Below are positions 47,514-57,194 of a stretch of DNA of 64,000 nucleotides, in pieces. How positions within the stretch are numbered: the first letter of the stretch is position 1; each line of letters starts with the position of its first letter. The DNA lies in the NCBI GenBank assembly GCA_043825735.1, contig JBDRRP010000040.1, positions 62,001 to 126,000 on the forward strand. The letters run 5' to 3'. The position numbers were made by a program, and so were the translations under genes. This DNA comes from Pseudomonadota bacterium. GTDB lineage: Bacteria; Desulfobacterota; Desulfobacteria; Desulfobacterales; JBDRRP01. The notes beneath the pieces are model-generated. The model made no database searches. It saw nothing but the letters and a program-made list of their open reading frames with translations, and had not been told where the DNA came from.

Positions 47514-48433
47514 TCGGTGGCTACCTTGCAGTTCGGCAGCAGTTTCGCCAATTGCTGGAACTCGGCTACGCTGATGTTGGTCTTGGCAACCCCGATTTCC
47601 TCCAGAAAAGGCAGCTCCCTGACAGCAGGAAACAGGGAACTGATAGGATTGATGTCCACATGGAGTCTGCGCAGCTGCTTCAACTCTCCGACAGCTGCCG
47701 GGAGCCTTTGTATGGTGTTATTGAAGAGTGACAGCGTGGTCAGGTCCTCGAAAATGCCGATCGACTCAGGTATGACGTTGAGAAATTCCTTGAAATTTAA
47801 GATGTACAGTTCGGTCAGCGGCAGATGCGCGGCCCGTTTCAGGATGAGGTCCAGATTTACCGGAGCGCCGTTGACGCCGCCGATCAGTATCAGGGTGGTG
47901 ATCCCGCTGAACTTGCCGAGGAGGTCAATGAGCAACTGCGATTCCTTTCGGGACAGGTCGATGATCAGGACGCGTGCCTCCTGATAATAGGCAGCATTCC
48001 TGATGGATGTGTTTCGATCCGCCTCGTAGTCTTCCGTGACCCTGTTGCGAACCGGTTCAGCAAGATCGAGTCCGGCATTTTTCCCTTGCGCCGCAGTTTC
48101 CTGCGCCTTGTCCCACATCGCCTCGCGGGTCATTACGGCCTTGTCGCTATCGGTATCCGGTCTTTCCTCACCCCGTGCCTGGGACTCCGCCGCGTCGCGC
48201 TGCGCCTGCAATTTCTGCAGCTGCTTCATCAAGGAATCGATTCTCGCGCTGACCTGCTTGTCATTGTCGGCGGATTTCTTCCGCAGCGCGCGCAGCTCGT
48301 TGCGGATCACCAGCGGGTCGGTTGGGAGCGGTGGCTCAGCCGCCGGTGCAACAAGTGGGAGAAGGATGAGCGCGATCGTGATGAGAACGCCCCCAATCCC
48401 GTACCTCCTGCTATGGCAAAAGCTTCGGTTCAT
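47510..48433 (-). CDS. Exported leucine-rich-repeat protein
   Basis: Signal/TM segment, coiled coil, LTELYI, LTTLSLFNN, LRRLHVDIN, LEEIGVAKT. Confidence 0.8.
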   Translation of the reverse strand: MNRSFCHSRRYGIGGVLITIALILLPLVAPAAEPPLPTDPLVIRNELRALRKKSADNDKQVSARIDSLMKQLQKLQAQRDAAESQARGEERPDTDSDKAVMTREAMWDKAQETAAQGKNAGLDLAEPVRNRVTEDYEADRNTSIRNAAYYQEARVLIIDLSRKESQLLIDLLGKFSGITTLILIGGVNGAPVNLDLILKRAAHLPLTELYILNFKEFLNVIPESIGIFEDLTTLSLFNNTIQRLPAAVGELKQLRRLHVDINPISSLFPAVRELPFLEEIGVAKTNISVAEFQQLAKLLPNCKVATE

Positions 48434-48756
48434 GGTTACTCCGCCCCAGTGCAGTAGCCCGCATCCTTTTCAGGATCCCGCCTTGGGCCCGGGTCATTCG
48501 CATACGCCTGCCCAAGCAATGCAGCATACTGCTGGATCGCTTCCAGACCGGAAAGGCCCATCGCCGCAAGAAGAGATAGAGATAGAGGTAAGAACTTGCT
48601 TTTCAGCATTCCGTTTCCCCCGTCTCTTGAATTGTGTCAGGTGATTTCAGGAGCGACAAGATATAGCTGCCTCGTTGGATCGGCACACTATCCAATAATT
48701 TATAACACTCTGTCAATATGGGAAATCGCCCCACTCAGCGACCTTCGGAGGGTGAT

Positions 48757-48791
48757 GGGGACATCCCTTAAAATTTAAATTTGGTGATATG
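48757..48791. repeat. Half copy of the REP-like palindrome, inverted
   Basis: GGGGACATCCCTTAAAATTTAAATTTGGTGATATG resembles the reverse complement of 43224-43257. Confidence 0.75.
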
Positions 48792-48847
48792 CTGCATGGG
48801 CGGGCACTGGGGGATAGTGGCATGCGCTGGGGGGGAAACGGCGGTTT

Positions 48848-49228
48848 TTACCCGCCCGTGATCTCGAACCGGTTGCCGTCGAAATCCGAAACGAAGGTAA
48901 CGATTTTCCCGCCTTTGGGGACCTGGATCACAGGGGCATTCATGGCCTTGCATCTGGTCAGAAAAGCATCCAGGTCATCCACTGCCAGGCACGCGTGGTC
49001 GATTTTGTCCGGGGCGGCTTTGGCGCTTGCGTCGATGAAAATTTCAAAGACCACGGATCCCCGCGTATATTTGATGACGGTCAGCTCCGAATCCATGTTG
49101 AAAAGCGCTCTTGAAATCTCGGCGGGAAGGATTTTCGGGGCGGCCTTTTCCAGCCCGAGGAGCCCGATATAAAACCTGTCCGCGTTTTTCTCCGAGGCGC
49201 ATACCAGACCCACGTGGCTCAGGATCAT
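48848..49228 (-). CDS. VOC/glyoxalase-family protein
   Basis: LSHVGL, FYIGLLG, DHACLAV, DFDGNRFEI. Confidence 0.88.
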   Translation of the reverse strand: MILSHVGLVCASEKNADRFYIGLLGLEKAAPKILPAEISRALFNMDSELTVIKYTRGSVVFEIFIDASAKAAPDKIDHACLAVDDLDAFLTRCKAMNAPVIQVPKGGKIVTFVSDFDGNRFEITGG

Positions 49229-49229
49229 G

Positions 49230-50255
49230 TCAGTCTCCGGAACCCTGGCAGGGGTTGATGATCACTTTGATGGACTCGCTGCCGTCGGAGACCAGGCGAA
49301 ATCCCTCGCAGGTGTCCGCCAGCGGGAGTCTGTGCGTGATCATGTCGTCCACGGTCACGGCGCCGGTTTCCAGCAGCCGGATTGCCTCGGCGATATCCGG
49401 CGGGCCGCAATAATACGAGGTCAGGATTCTGATCTCCCGGGTCCAGAAGGCGTTGATGGGGATCACCACGCTTTTTTCAGGACCGGGCACGGCAAAGAAC
49501 ACGACGGCGCCGCCCTTGTCCACGCAGTGCCAGGCCTGCTCGATCGCCGGCATCGCCGAGGTGCAGAGCATGACGATGTCCGCTTTTTTGCCGAGTCCGG
49601 CAACCAGGCGCCCGGAAATATCATCTGCCGCGTCGATGGTGATGTCCGCGCCGATACGGCCGGCAAAGTCCAGCCGCTTGCGGTTGACGTCTGTGGCGAT
49701 CACCCGGCAGCCGGCGGCCTTTGCCAGCTTCACATGAAGCAGCCCGGACATGCCGCAGCCCATGACCAGCACGGTGCGGTTTTGCCCGGCCCCGCCAAGC
49801 CGCTGGGCCCGGACCACGCAGGCCAAAGGTTCGATAAACGTGGCCTGCTCGTATGAGATGGGGCCCGGCAGCAGATAGGTGCCGTGTGCCACCAATGCCT
49901 TGGGAACCATGATATACTCGGCCAGTCCGCCCGGCAGCCGGTCCATCACGCTGGAACAAACCGGGAAATGCCCCTGCCGGCAATAATCGCAGTCCATGCA
50001 CGGCACCTTGGGCGCGATGAACACGCGGTCGCCGGGCTTGTATCCGGTGACCGATGCGCCGGTTTCGACGACCTCGCCGCCCAGCTCGTGGCCGGGCACC
50101 AGGGGCGCCCGGGGCAGCCGGTACCATTCGACGATATCGCTGCCGCAGATGCCGCAAGCCATCACCCTCACCAGCATCTCGTCGGGGCCGGGTTTGGGCC
50201 TGGGAACATCCTCGATGTGAATATCCTTGTTATTGTACCAGACGGCAACTTTCAT
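49230..50255 (-). CDS. Zn-dependent alcohol/polyol dehydrogenase (MDR)
   Basis: CGICGSD, GHE, CMDCDYC...C, GCGMSG; start ATG 50255 (ORF-track extension is repeat DNA). Confidence 0.92.
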   Translation of the reverse strand: MKVAVWYNNKDIHIEDVPRPKPGPDEMLVRVMACGICGSDIVEWYRLPRAPLVPGHELGGEVVETGASVTGYKPGDRVFIAPKVPCMDCDYCRQGHFPVCSSVMDRLPGGLAEYIMVPKALVAHGTYLLPGPISYEQATFIEPLACVVRAQRLGGAGQNRTVLVMGCGMSGLLHVKLAKAAGCRVIATDVNRKRLDFAGRIGADITIDAADDISGRLVAGLGKKADIVMLCTSAMPAIEQAWHCVDKGGAVVFFAVPGPEKSVVIPINAFWTREIRILTSYYCGPPDIAEAIRLLETGAVTVDDMITHRLPLADTCEGFRLVSDGSESIKVIINPCQGSGD

Positions 50256-50259
50256 TCTT

Positions 50260-50634
50260 GATAACCCTATAAAAAATCGAAACCTCTCGCAAAGCCGCAA
50301 AGATCGCAGAGATAAAGCATTGGGGACAAACTGTTTTCGCTTATCTATGAAGCTCAAGCCACAACCGGCTGCCAATGCAATCGGAAAAGAATATTCCTCA
50401 CGCAGCGGCGCGGAGACGCTGAGAACTGCGTAAAATGGAATTGCGCAATGCTTTTCCCTGCGCCTCTGCGCCTCTGCGGGAGATATGAATTAATAAATCT
50501 CCGTGCCCTTCAGGAGGCCGTGGTTCAACATCACATTGGGCAGAGACCCACTGGAGCATTCTGGATAAGCGTAAAACTGTTTTCTTGGCGTTCTTGGCGT
50601 CTCTGCGAGAAAATTGCATTTATACGGATTTGTC
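50260..50634. mobile_element. 375-bp composite MITE with related termini and nested repeats
   Basis: GATAACCCTATAAAAAAT...CATTTATACGGATTTGTC flanked by ATTCTT/ATCCTT. Confidence 0.78.
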
Positions 50635-51514
50635 ATCCTTCGTTTTTTAAAGTGTTGTACAAATCGAAAGCCTTTTCAGGGGTTTCATTGTTGTGGACCA
50701 CGGCTCCCACGGCCTGGATCATGGCAATGGGCGCTTCGGCCTGGAAGATGTTCCGCCCCATATCCACGCCCGCTGCGCCCTGCTGAACGGCATTGTAGGC
50801 CATGGTCAACGCGTCCAGCTCGGGGATTTTTTTCCCCCCTGCCATGACGATGGGCACCGGGCACGAGGCCGTGACGGTTTCAAAGCCCTCGTCGATATAA
50901 TAGGACTTGATGTATTGCGCGCCCAACTCGGCGCAAATCCGGGTGGCCAGGCGGAAATACCGGGCGTCGCGGGCCATGTCGGTGCCCACGGCGGTCACCG
51001 CCAGGGTGGGGATGCCGTAGCGGTTGCCCATGTCCACCATTTTGGTCATGTTGATGATCGATTGTCTTTCGTATTCACCGCCGATGAAAACCTGCACCGC
51101 CATGGCGCACACGTTCAGGCGGATGGATTCCTCGATGCCCACGGCAATCTCCTCGTTGGACAATTCCTTGAGGATGCTGGTGCCGCCGGAAACCCGCAGC
51201 ACGATGGGTGTGGTCAGCGACGGCGGCACCACGCTGCGGAGAATGCCCCGGGTCAGCATCAGTGTATCGGCATGGGGCACCAGCGGCAGGATGTTGATAT
51301 CCACGCGCTCCAGGCCGGTGGTTGGGCCCTGGAAATAGCCATGATCGATGGCCAGCATGACCGTCCGGCCGGATTCCGGGTTGAATATCCGCGCGAGCCT
51401 GTTTTTCATTCCCCAATCCAGGTTATTGGAGCCTTTCAGGAAAAACCCTTCAGTTTTCTGAGGAATATCGGTGTAATACTTTTTGCCTTCTTTTAAATCA
51501 TCCACATCCGGCAT
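50633..51514 (-). CDS. lsrF: LsrF-type thiolase/class I aldolase
   Basis: [38 protein letters not shown]. Confidence 0.93.
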   Translation of the reverse strand: MPDVDDLKEGKKYYTDIPQKTEGFFLKGSNNLDWGMKNRLARIFNPESGRTVMLAIDHGYFQGPTTGLERVDINILPLVPHADTLMLTRGILRSVVPPSLTTPIVLRVSGGTSILKELSNEEIAVGIEESIRLNVCAMAVQVFIGGEYERQSIINMTKMVDMGNRYGIPTLAVTAVGTDMARDARYFRLATRICAELGAQYIKSYYIDEGFETVTASCPVPIVMAGGKKIPELDALTMAYNAVQQGAAGVDMGRNIFQAEAPIAMIQAVGAVVHNNETPEKAFDLYNTLKNEG

Positions 51515-51841
51515 GTCTTTCCCTCCTTGAAATCATGCGGGCTGAGCCCGCAATCGGCTATTGAATGACAACGAATCCAGTTGAATAGTGTGCAGGATTT
51601 GATGAGGCCACATGATATGGCCACCCCTCTAAAGTGGGGACAAGTATCATTGTCATTAAGCGCGCTGTCAATACGAAAAGCCATTGAAAACCGGTCTCAA
51701 AGGCCACTCACTGATCTATCTTCGGGGTTATCGGCGAGAACAACACCGTCCGCCGTCATTGGGCCTCAGCGGATCTCGGCCGGGACAAGGTCGCGGCCGT
51801 TTGGATATCTCCCGGCCCGGCGCTCAGGGGCATCTTCTGAT

Positions 51842-52072
51842 TCAGGTGCCTGAATCGTCTTTTTTCCCCCTTGTCAACATTGCGATCAGAAAAAATACGA
51901 AGCCGGCGATCACGGGCACCCCGAAGACCCATGCCAGTCTTGCCAGGTAGACGACGAACTGGTCGTGACCCATTCCGGAAAGAAACCTGGGCGCCGGAAG
52001 AAGGAGAGATGCGGCGAAGCCGATCACGAGCATCCGGGGCCACCAATATTTGAAACCTTTTTGAGACATCAT
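51842..52072 (-). CDS. Small two-TM hypothetical protein
   Basis: 76 aa, two hydrophobic segments; start overlaps CHAT remnant. Confidence 0.4.
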   Translation of the reverse strand: MMSQKGFKYWWPRMLVIGFAASLLLPAPRFLSGMGHDQFVVYLARLAWVFGVPVIAGFVFFLIAMLTRGKKDDSGT

Positions 52073-52690
52073 CGCCCTTCGTGATCTTGCCCAGCGCAGT
52101 TTCGCAGGCGCTGAGCGTCACCAGGTCTGCATTCAGCGTTATGCGATACAGACTCCCGGCCCGGAGCAATCCGTCCTCGGTGCCGCTTCGGAACAGCAGC
52201 AGCGCCGAGTGGGGATCCTGGCGATGGCGATGAACTTTTCCGGACCGTAGATGCTGCCCGTGGTGTCGATGGCGGCCAGCGTGCCCAGGCGCGCGCCATG
52301 GGCTCATGCTGTCCCAGTGCGGCATAGGCAACGCCCAGGATGCCGGCGGTGTCGATCATCTGGGTGTTGTACCCGGCGTTCACCTTGCTACTCGGACGGT
52401 TCAGTTCATCGAAGGCGCGCGAGGCCTGCGATATCGCAAGATCGTAGTCCTTCTGATCGAGCGTGGCAAGCCCGCGCAAAATACTCGGAAAAGCGCTGAG
52501 ATCCAGCGTGTGGTAGCGTTCGTCACAGCCTGCGATCTTCTTTTCCAGAAGCACCACCGTTGCTGAAAGCTTTTCGTAGTCCCTGATATCGTAATAGGCG
52601 GACCCCAGGAGAAGGCGCCTGAAAGAGGAAACCTGCGCATGCCGATCGATTTCAGCTTGGAGGCTGCTGATAACTTCATGGTGACGCTTT
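52060..52690 (-). pseudogene. Fragmented TPR/CHAT-domain gene
   Basis: TPR-like helices (LGSAYYDI, LGVAYAALGQ) and, in another frame, LNADLVTLSACETALGKITKGDDV. Confidence 0.7.
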
Positions 52691-52696
52691 TGCTGC

Positions 52697-52960
52697 CAGG
52701 ACGGAAAGATATGGCTGGGTTTCATCAAACCGCGGAGTTCAACGGTAGGTACGTTAGCAGACAAACCTTTTTTGCGAAAACTCACCTTGCGGCTGCCGCG
52801 CTTCCTGTGGCCGGTGCCCAAGCCTTGTGGGTACGTTATTGCCTTTACCGAAGATGGAAAGGTGGTGGACGACATGCAGGACCCAAAAGGAGCGTATCCC
52901 GAGTCCACAGCCATAACCGAGACCAGAGATCGACTCAATGTGCAGAGCCTTCTTGGCAAG
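52697..52960 (+). pseudogene. C-terminal remnant of a strictosidine-synthase/SMP-30-like gene
   Basis: DGKIWLGF..PR...PFLRKL..RLP...DGKV..MQDPKGAY; no N-terminus. Confidence 0.55.
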
Positions 52961-53037
52961 GGATTTGTCATATATGCAACTAACAGCAAAGATCCCCTGA
53001 TCTTGCTACCCTCATCGCGCAATATAGATGAGAATGG

Positions 53038-53208
53038 TTACAAGTGACAATCCCCTTTAAGAATGCATTTTTTGATAAATAATTTTTCTGCCTTTTTAAA
53101 ATCTTCTGGTGAATAATAGCGCGTATTTTCTTCTATTCTGAAATATTCTTTACCTCTCCGAAGCAATGCTTTAATTCCAAGTCCCTGGTTTTTCGCATAT
53201 TTTTTCAT
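53038..53208 (-). CDS. Small basic protein, 56 aa (below ORF-track cutoff)
   Basis: MKKYAKNQGLGIKALLRRGKEYFRIEENTRYYSPEDFKKAEKLFIKKCILKGDCHL; open frame in AT-rich DNA. Confidence 0.55.
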   Translation of the reverse strand: MKKYAKNQGLGIKALLRRGKEYFRIEENTRYYSPEDFKKAEKLFIKKCILKGDCHL

Positions 53209-53607
53209 TAGAGCCGTTCACTGGTCACATTATTTATGAAAGCAATTCTTACTACCAAATATTGGTTGATGCGTGCTATCGGCGCATTGAGAACATTTCG
53301 TTGACTTTCTCCCAATTATTGAAATGGGAAAATGAATCAATAGATTCTGGCCGTCGACTCTGGTATTTTGAATCGCCTCAAAGGTCGCATAAAGGCACGC
53401 GACAGTCTCTTGTGCAACCGGTCGTTCAATCGATGACGCAGCGACGCGCTCTTAAGCCACTTTTCCTAGCGGCGTCTCGGTAACATCGATGATACTCTTG
53501 ATAGCTGGTGGCGCAGAAATCACACGCTCTGAGTTCTTCCGCCAGACCCGGAAACGCCGGTTTGTTGTCACCGCACGCGCCAAACGCTACCCGCCCGCAC
53601 CGGCCTG

Positions 53608-55539
53608 TCAGTGCCGGCGGATGTCGTTAATTAAACCGCCGGCCATTACTATCCTGAGCTGTCTGCCGCTTAATGAATGGCTTAGGAGATAGGTCCGGTT
53701 GCGTGTAATATTACGGGCATTCAACCGTTGGCTCGATGGCAATAATGTCCGCAAACCCTCCAGTCGCAGAACGTCATCCTGATGAATATTTTCCCAGTCT
53801 GCCGGATTCTCAAACGTCAGTGGCAGGATGCCGAAATTGACGAGGTTTTGAGCGTGGATGCGCGCAAAGCCTTTGGCCACTACGGCCCGTAGTCCTAAAA
53901 ATCGCGGTGCCAGGGCGGCGTGCTCGCGGCTGGAGCCCTGACCGTAGTTGTTTCCGCCCACCACAAATGAACCGCTGCTTTGGCAGGCCATTGCACGAGT
54001 ATAGTAGGTGTCGTCGATGCGGCTGAAGGCATATCGGCTGATTTCAGGAATATTGCTGCGCAGGGGCAGTACTGCCGCACCAGCCGGCATAATCTCATCG
54101 GTGGAGATATCGTCGCCCATTTTGAGGAGCACCGGTCCTTCAAGATAATCGGGAAGTCCGCTGAAATCAGGTAGCGGTTTGATGTTGGGACCCTTTTCCA
54201 ATTCAACTTTGCCATCGACTGCTTCCGGGGCCACCAACAGTGCCGTGTTGATGTGCAATCCCGTCGGTGGGATAAATTGCGGATAAGGGATATCCAACGT
54301 TCGCGGATCGGTAATGACACCGGTAAGAGCCGATGCCACGGCCGTCTCCGGGCTGCACAGATAGACTTGGTCTTCTACGGTTCCGGACCGCCCTGGAAAG
54401 TTACGCGGTACCGTGCGCAGGCTAATCTTCCCGGTTGCCGGTGCCTGCCCCATGCCGATGCATCCGTTGCACCCGGCCTGGTGAAACCGTGCTCCGGTCT
54501 TGACCAGAGAATCCATCAACCCTATTTCGATCAAGTTCTCGATGAGCTGACGCGAGGTGGGATTGACATCGAAAGAGATGTGATCGGGCACCTGCCTGCC
54601 GGTCACCATCAGGGCCGGTATCGCAAAGTCTCGCAAACCGGGATTGGCCGAAGATCCGATGTAAGCCTGGTAGATGGGGCGGCCCGCCACTTCACGGACG
54701 GGCACCACATTGCCAGGGCTGCTGGGTAGGGCAATGAGCGGTTCAAGGCGTGACAGGTCGATTTCATCGCTTTCATCATATTGGGCTCCGGCATCGGCCA
54801 CTATTTCGCGCCAGGCGTCGCCACGGCCTTGTTCGGTGAGAAATTGTCGCACGGCATCATCCGAAGGAAAAATCGTGCTGGTAGCCCCGAGTTCGGTGCC
54901 CATGTTGGCGATCACGTGACGATCCATGGCCGTCAACTCTCTTAACCCCGGCCCAAAATACTCAATGATTCTGCCCCGGCCCCCGTCAACACCGTGGCGG
55001 CGCAGCATCTCCAGGATCACATCCTTGGCGCTGACCCACTCGGGCAAATGGCCGGTCAGGCGAACGCCCATTACCGTTGGCATGGCGATATAAAGTGGTT
55101 TGCCGGCCATGGCAGTGGCTACCTCCAAGCCGCCGGCACCAAAGGCCAGCATACCCAACCCTCCTGCCGCTGGGGTGTGGCTGTCCGAACCCACCAGGGT
55201 CTTGCCTGGTACCCCGAACCGCTGCATATGCAGCGGATGGCTTACACCATTGCCTGGACGGCTGTACCACACGCCGAACTTTTGGCAGGCGCTGCGCAAA
55301 AAAAGGTGGTCGTCGGCATTGCGATAGTCCGTCTGCAACAAATTGTGATCGACATACTGGGCGGACACCTCGGTGCGTACCCGGCCGATGTTCATGGCTT
55401 CGAACTCCAGCATGACCATCGTGCCGGTGGCATCTTGGGTCAGTGTCTGATCGATTCTAAGCCCGATTTCTTCACCCGGGTTCATTTCGCCCTCGACGAG
55501 GTGCGCGGCAATGAGTTTTTGGGCAATATTTTTGGCCAT
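53608..55539 (-). CDS. Aconitate hydratase, short type
   Basis: QDATG, DHN, DSHT, GCNGCIG, RNFPGR, STDEI, NYGQGSSREHA. Confidence 0.92.
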   Translation of the reverse strand: MAKNIAQKLIAAHLVEGEMNPGEEIGLRIDQTLTQDATGTMVMLEFEAMNIGRVRTEVSAQYVDHNLLQTDYRNADDHLFLRSACQKFGVWYSRPGNGVSHPLHMQRFGVPGKTLVGSDSHTPAAGGLGMLAFGAGGLEVATAMAGKPLYIAMPTVMGVRLTGHLPEWVSAKDVILEMLRRHGVDGGRGRIIEYFGPGLRELTAMDRHVIANMGTELGATSTIFPSDDAVRQFLTEQGRGDAWREIVADAGAQYDESDEIDLSRLEPLIALPSSPGNVVPVREVAGRPIYQAYIGSSANPGLRDFAIPALMVTGRQVPDHISFDVNPTSRQLIENLIEIGLMDSLVKTGARFHQAGCNGCIGMGQAPATGKISLRTVPRNFPGRSGTVEDQVYLCSPETAVASALTGVITDPRTLDIPYPQFIPPTGLHINTALLVAPEAVDGKVELEKGPNIKPLPDFSGLPDYLEGPVLLKMGDDISTDEIMPAGAAVLPLRSNIPEISRYAFSRIDDTYYTRAMACQSSGSFVVGGNNYGQGSSREHAALAPRFLGLRAVVAKGFARIHAQNLVNFGILPLTFENPADWENIHQDDVLRLEGLRTLLPSSQRLNARNITRNRTYLLSHSLSGRQLRIVMAGGLINDIRRH

Positions 55540-55557
55540 TTGTCTCCCTTTAAAGTT

Positions 55558-55690
55558 GATGAAACCGTAAAAAGTGATTTTGAACCACAGAGACCGCAGA
55601 GGACCACAGAGAATATTATGAATAATTAATTAGTTATCTCTGCGCTCTCTGCGTCCTCTGTGGTGATTTCATACTTTTTACGAATTTGTC
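55558..55690. mobile_element. 133-bp MITE, copy 4
   Basis: GATGAAACCGTAAAAAGT...ACTTTTTACGAATTTGTC flanked by AAAGTT on both sides. Confidence 0.92.
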
Positions 55691-55713
55691 AAAGTTGATT
55701 GCGATAAGAGAGA

Positions 55714-56097
55714 TCAGGGGATTAAATGCGGAAAATCAACGGCGATTCCATAGCAGGGCCTTCCATCTGGGGTTCCCAAATTCATGCTTCTGTTTACTTT
55801 CGCGACGGTATGAAACCGCAATTCCTGGCAGGCCTCAGCCGGTGTAGGCTTCCCTGCGCAGTAATAGGGTCGCGGCAATCCAGAATCACCCTCGCTTTCC
55901 GTGCCACAATCCGAGGGTCTCAAAACAACACTGGTTCCGATGTGCAAGTCTTGGTCCGATTCAAAGAACATACCGCTTCGGCTGTAGTTCTTGGCGATAA
56001 CGGTGCGCCCTTCAGTTTCGTTGAGCAATGTGCAGATCATGACGGTTGTTTCTTCACACCGGGGGTGGCGGCGCAAGTCCTTTGGCGTAGGTGTCAT
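55714..56097 (-). CDS. PilZ-domain protein
   Basis: RRHPR and NYSRSG motifs, YGIAVDF. Confidence 0.8.
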   Translation of the reverse strand: MTPTPKDLRRHPRCEETTVMICTLLNETEGRTVIAKNYSRSGMFFESDQDLHIGTSVVLRPSDCGTESEGDSGLPRPYYCAGKPTPAEACQELRFHTVAKVNRSMNLGTPDGRPCYGIAVDFPHLIP

Positions 56098-56218
56098 TGA
56101 ACCTCATAAAAGATTTCGTTGCAGGTGTTCGTGAGTTTAGCAGGATAGATTAACCGTATCGAGGGCATCTCCCCAGTGGTCGTCTGATGCGTGTTCCTTA
56201 TGTTTGAATTGATCCGGA

Positions 56219-56374
56219 TTAACAGCAGCAGGAGTATCTCGACGCCCAACCGCAGCAGGGATCGACATAGCAGCTGCAGGGATCCACGACAAAACAGCAT
56301 TGATTGCCGCTCTGGCTTTCATTTTCGGTAGTCGTAATGTCTTTTTCTTTTGGTTTTTCCTGGTCGTTGCTCAT
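56219..56374 (-). CDS. 51-aa Cys-rich peptide
   Basis: GGAGG 6 nt before ATG 56374; MSNDQEKPKEKDITTTENESQSGNQCCFVVDPCSCYVDPCCGWASRYSCCC. Confidence 0.75.
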   Translation of the reverse strand: MSNDQEKPKEKDITTTENESQSGNQCCFVVDPCSCYVDPCCGWASRYSCCC

Positions 56375-56481
56375 GTTGCGCCTCCAATCTGGGCGATATT
56401 CGTTCCGTTTACTTAATGAAGCGATTATTGGCATCATTTTGGAACCGTTGTCGCATTCCTTCTCTACACGTGTGTATCTAT

Positions 56482-56497
56482 ATCAATATCCGTGCCA
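56482..56497 (-). promoter_or_regulatory. Sigma54-like promoter with variant -12 box
   Basis: Minus strand TGGCACGGATATTGAT. Confidence 0.55.
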
Positions 56498-56659
56498 TGC
56501 ATCGAAATTCATCTAACGATTTGAAATCGAAAAATTTTTTCTCTCTGACCCCTGGTGCTTTCCACCACTATTTTGATGAAAAACAATATTTTGATGAAAA
56601 TCATCAAATTTGTGATTATTGTCACCGACAGCCCAACCGGAGGAGGGAGGAATTCACGT

Positions 56660-56905
56660 ATGCCAAACATGAAAGTCAGCAAGTACGCCGGCAAGGAAAC
56701 GCTGTCTGCGGATGTCGTCCGCTTGCGTCAGAGGATTGCCGAACTGGAGAATGCGTATGCAGCCCTTAAAATGACTGCTGAAAAACTCAGACTCGATTGT
56801 GACAGCCGCACCGCTGAAACTGTTTATCTGCGTGAAGAGCTTGCAGAGGTCCGCGCATACGGTGATATTATTGGTGATTCACCTGCACTGCAAGCGTCGC
56901 TGACC
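56660..56905 (+). pseudogene. Truncated FhlA-like sigma54 activator
   Basis: Coiled coil then ETVYLREEL...YGDIIGDSPALQ; AAA+ domain absent. Confidence 0.6.
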
Positions 56906-56944
56906 CGTTTGACAAGCCGCCCCCATCCCGATAAAGATGCCTGC

Positions 56945-57112
56945 ATCGTTCCGGAAAAACGGAATCCCGTGAAAATCGGGAGCGGGCCCGCCGCTGTGAC
57001 CCCAGAGCACCGGAAGGTGCCGGAGTTTTCCGCCAGCCGAAATAACGCCACCGACGCCGCAGGCGCCCGGGAAGGCCGCTGGCGGTGGGGAAGCCAGAAG
57101 ACGTTTCCGGGA
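56945..57112 (+). ncRNA. Cobalamin riboswitch
   Basis: AACGGAATCCCGTGAAAATCGGGAGCGGGCCCGCCGCTGTGA core, GCCAC...GGGAAGG, AAGCCAGAAGAC; TTGACA at 56909; upstream of btu-like ABC genes. Confidence 0.88.
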
Positions 57113-57194
57113 TCAGACTCCCCGCGGCCGGGAGGTTTCGGTGGCGCCGGATGAAGCGGCGCAAGCCGGATCCCCACTGAGCGTTCCCCCGCCC

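Noticed and set aside
50256..50375. N-terminal ORF-track extensions (also 81-467, 3517-3867, 26641-26736, 57320-57400)
   Set aside because: They run through repeat or intergenic DNA; better starts lie downstream
53240..53258. Sigma54 promoter for the 56-aa ORF
   Set aside because: Spacing is GG-N11-GC, not N10
56219..56374. Selenocysteine read-through in the Cys-rich peptide
   Set aside because: The stop is TAA and there is no in-frame TGA
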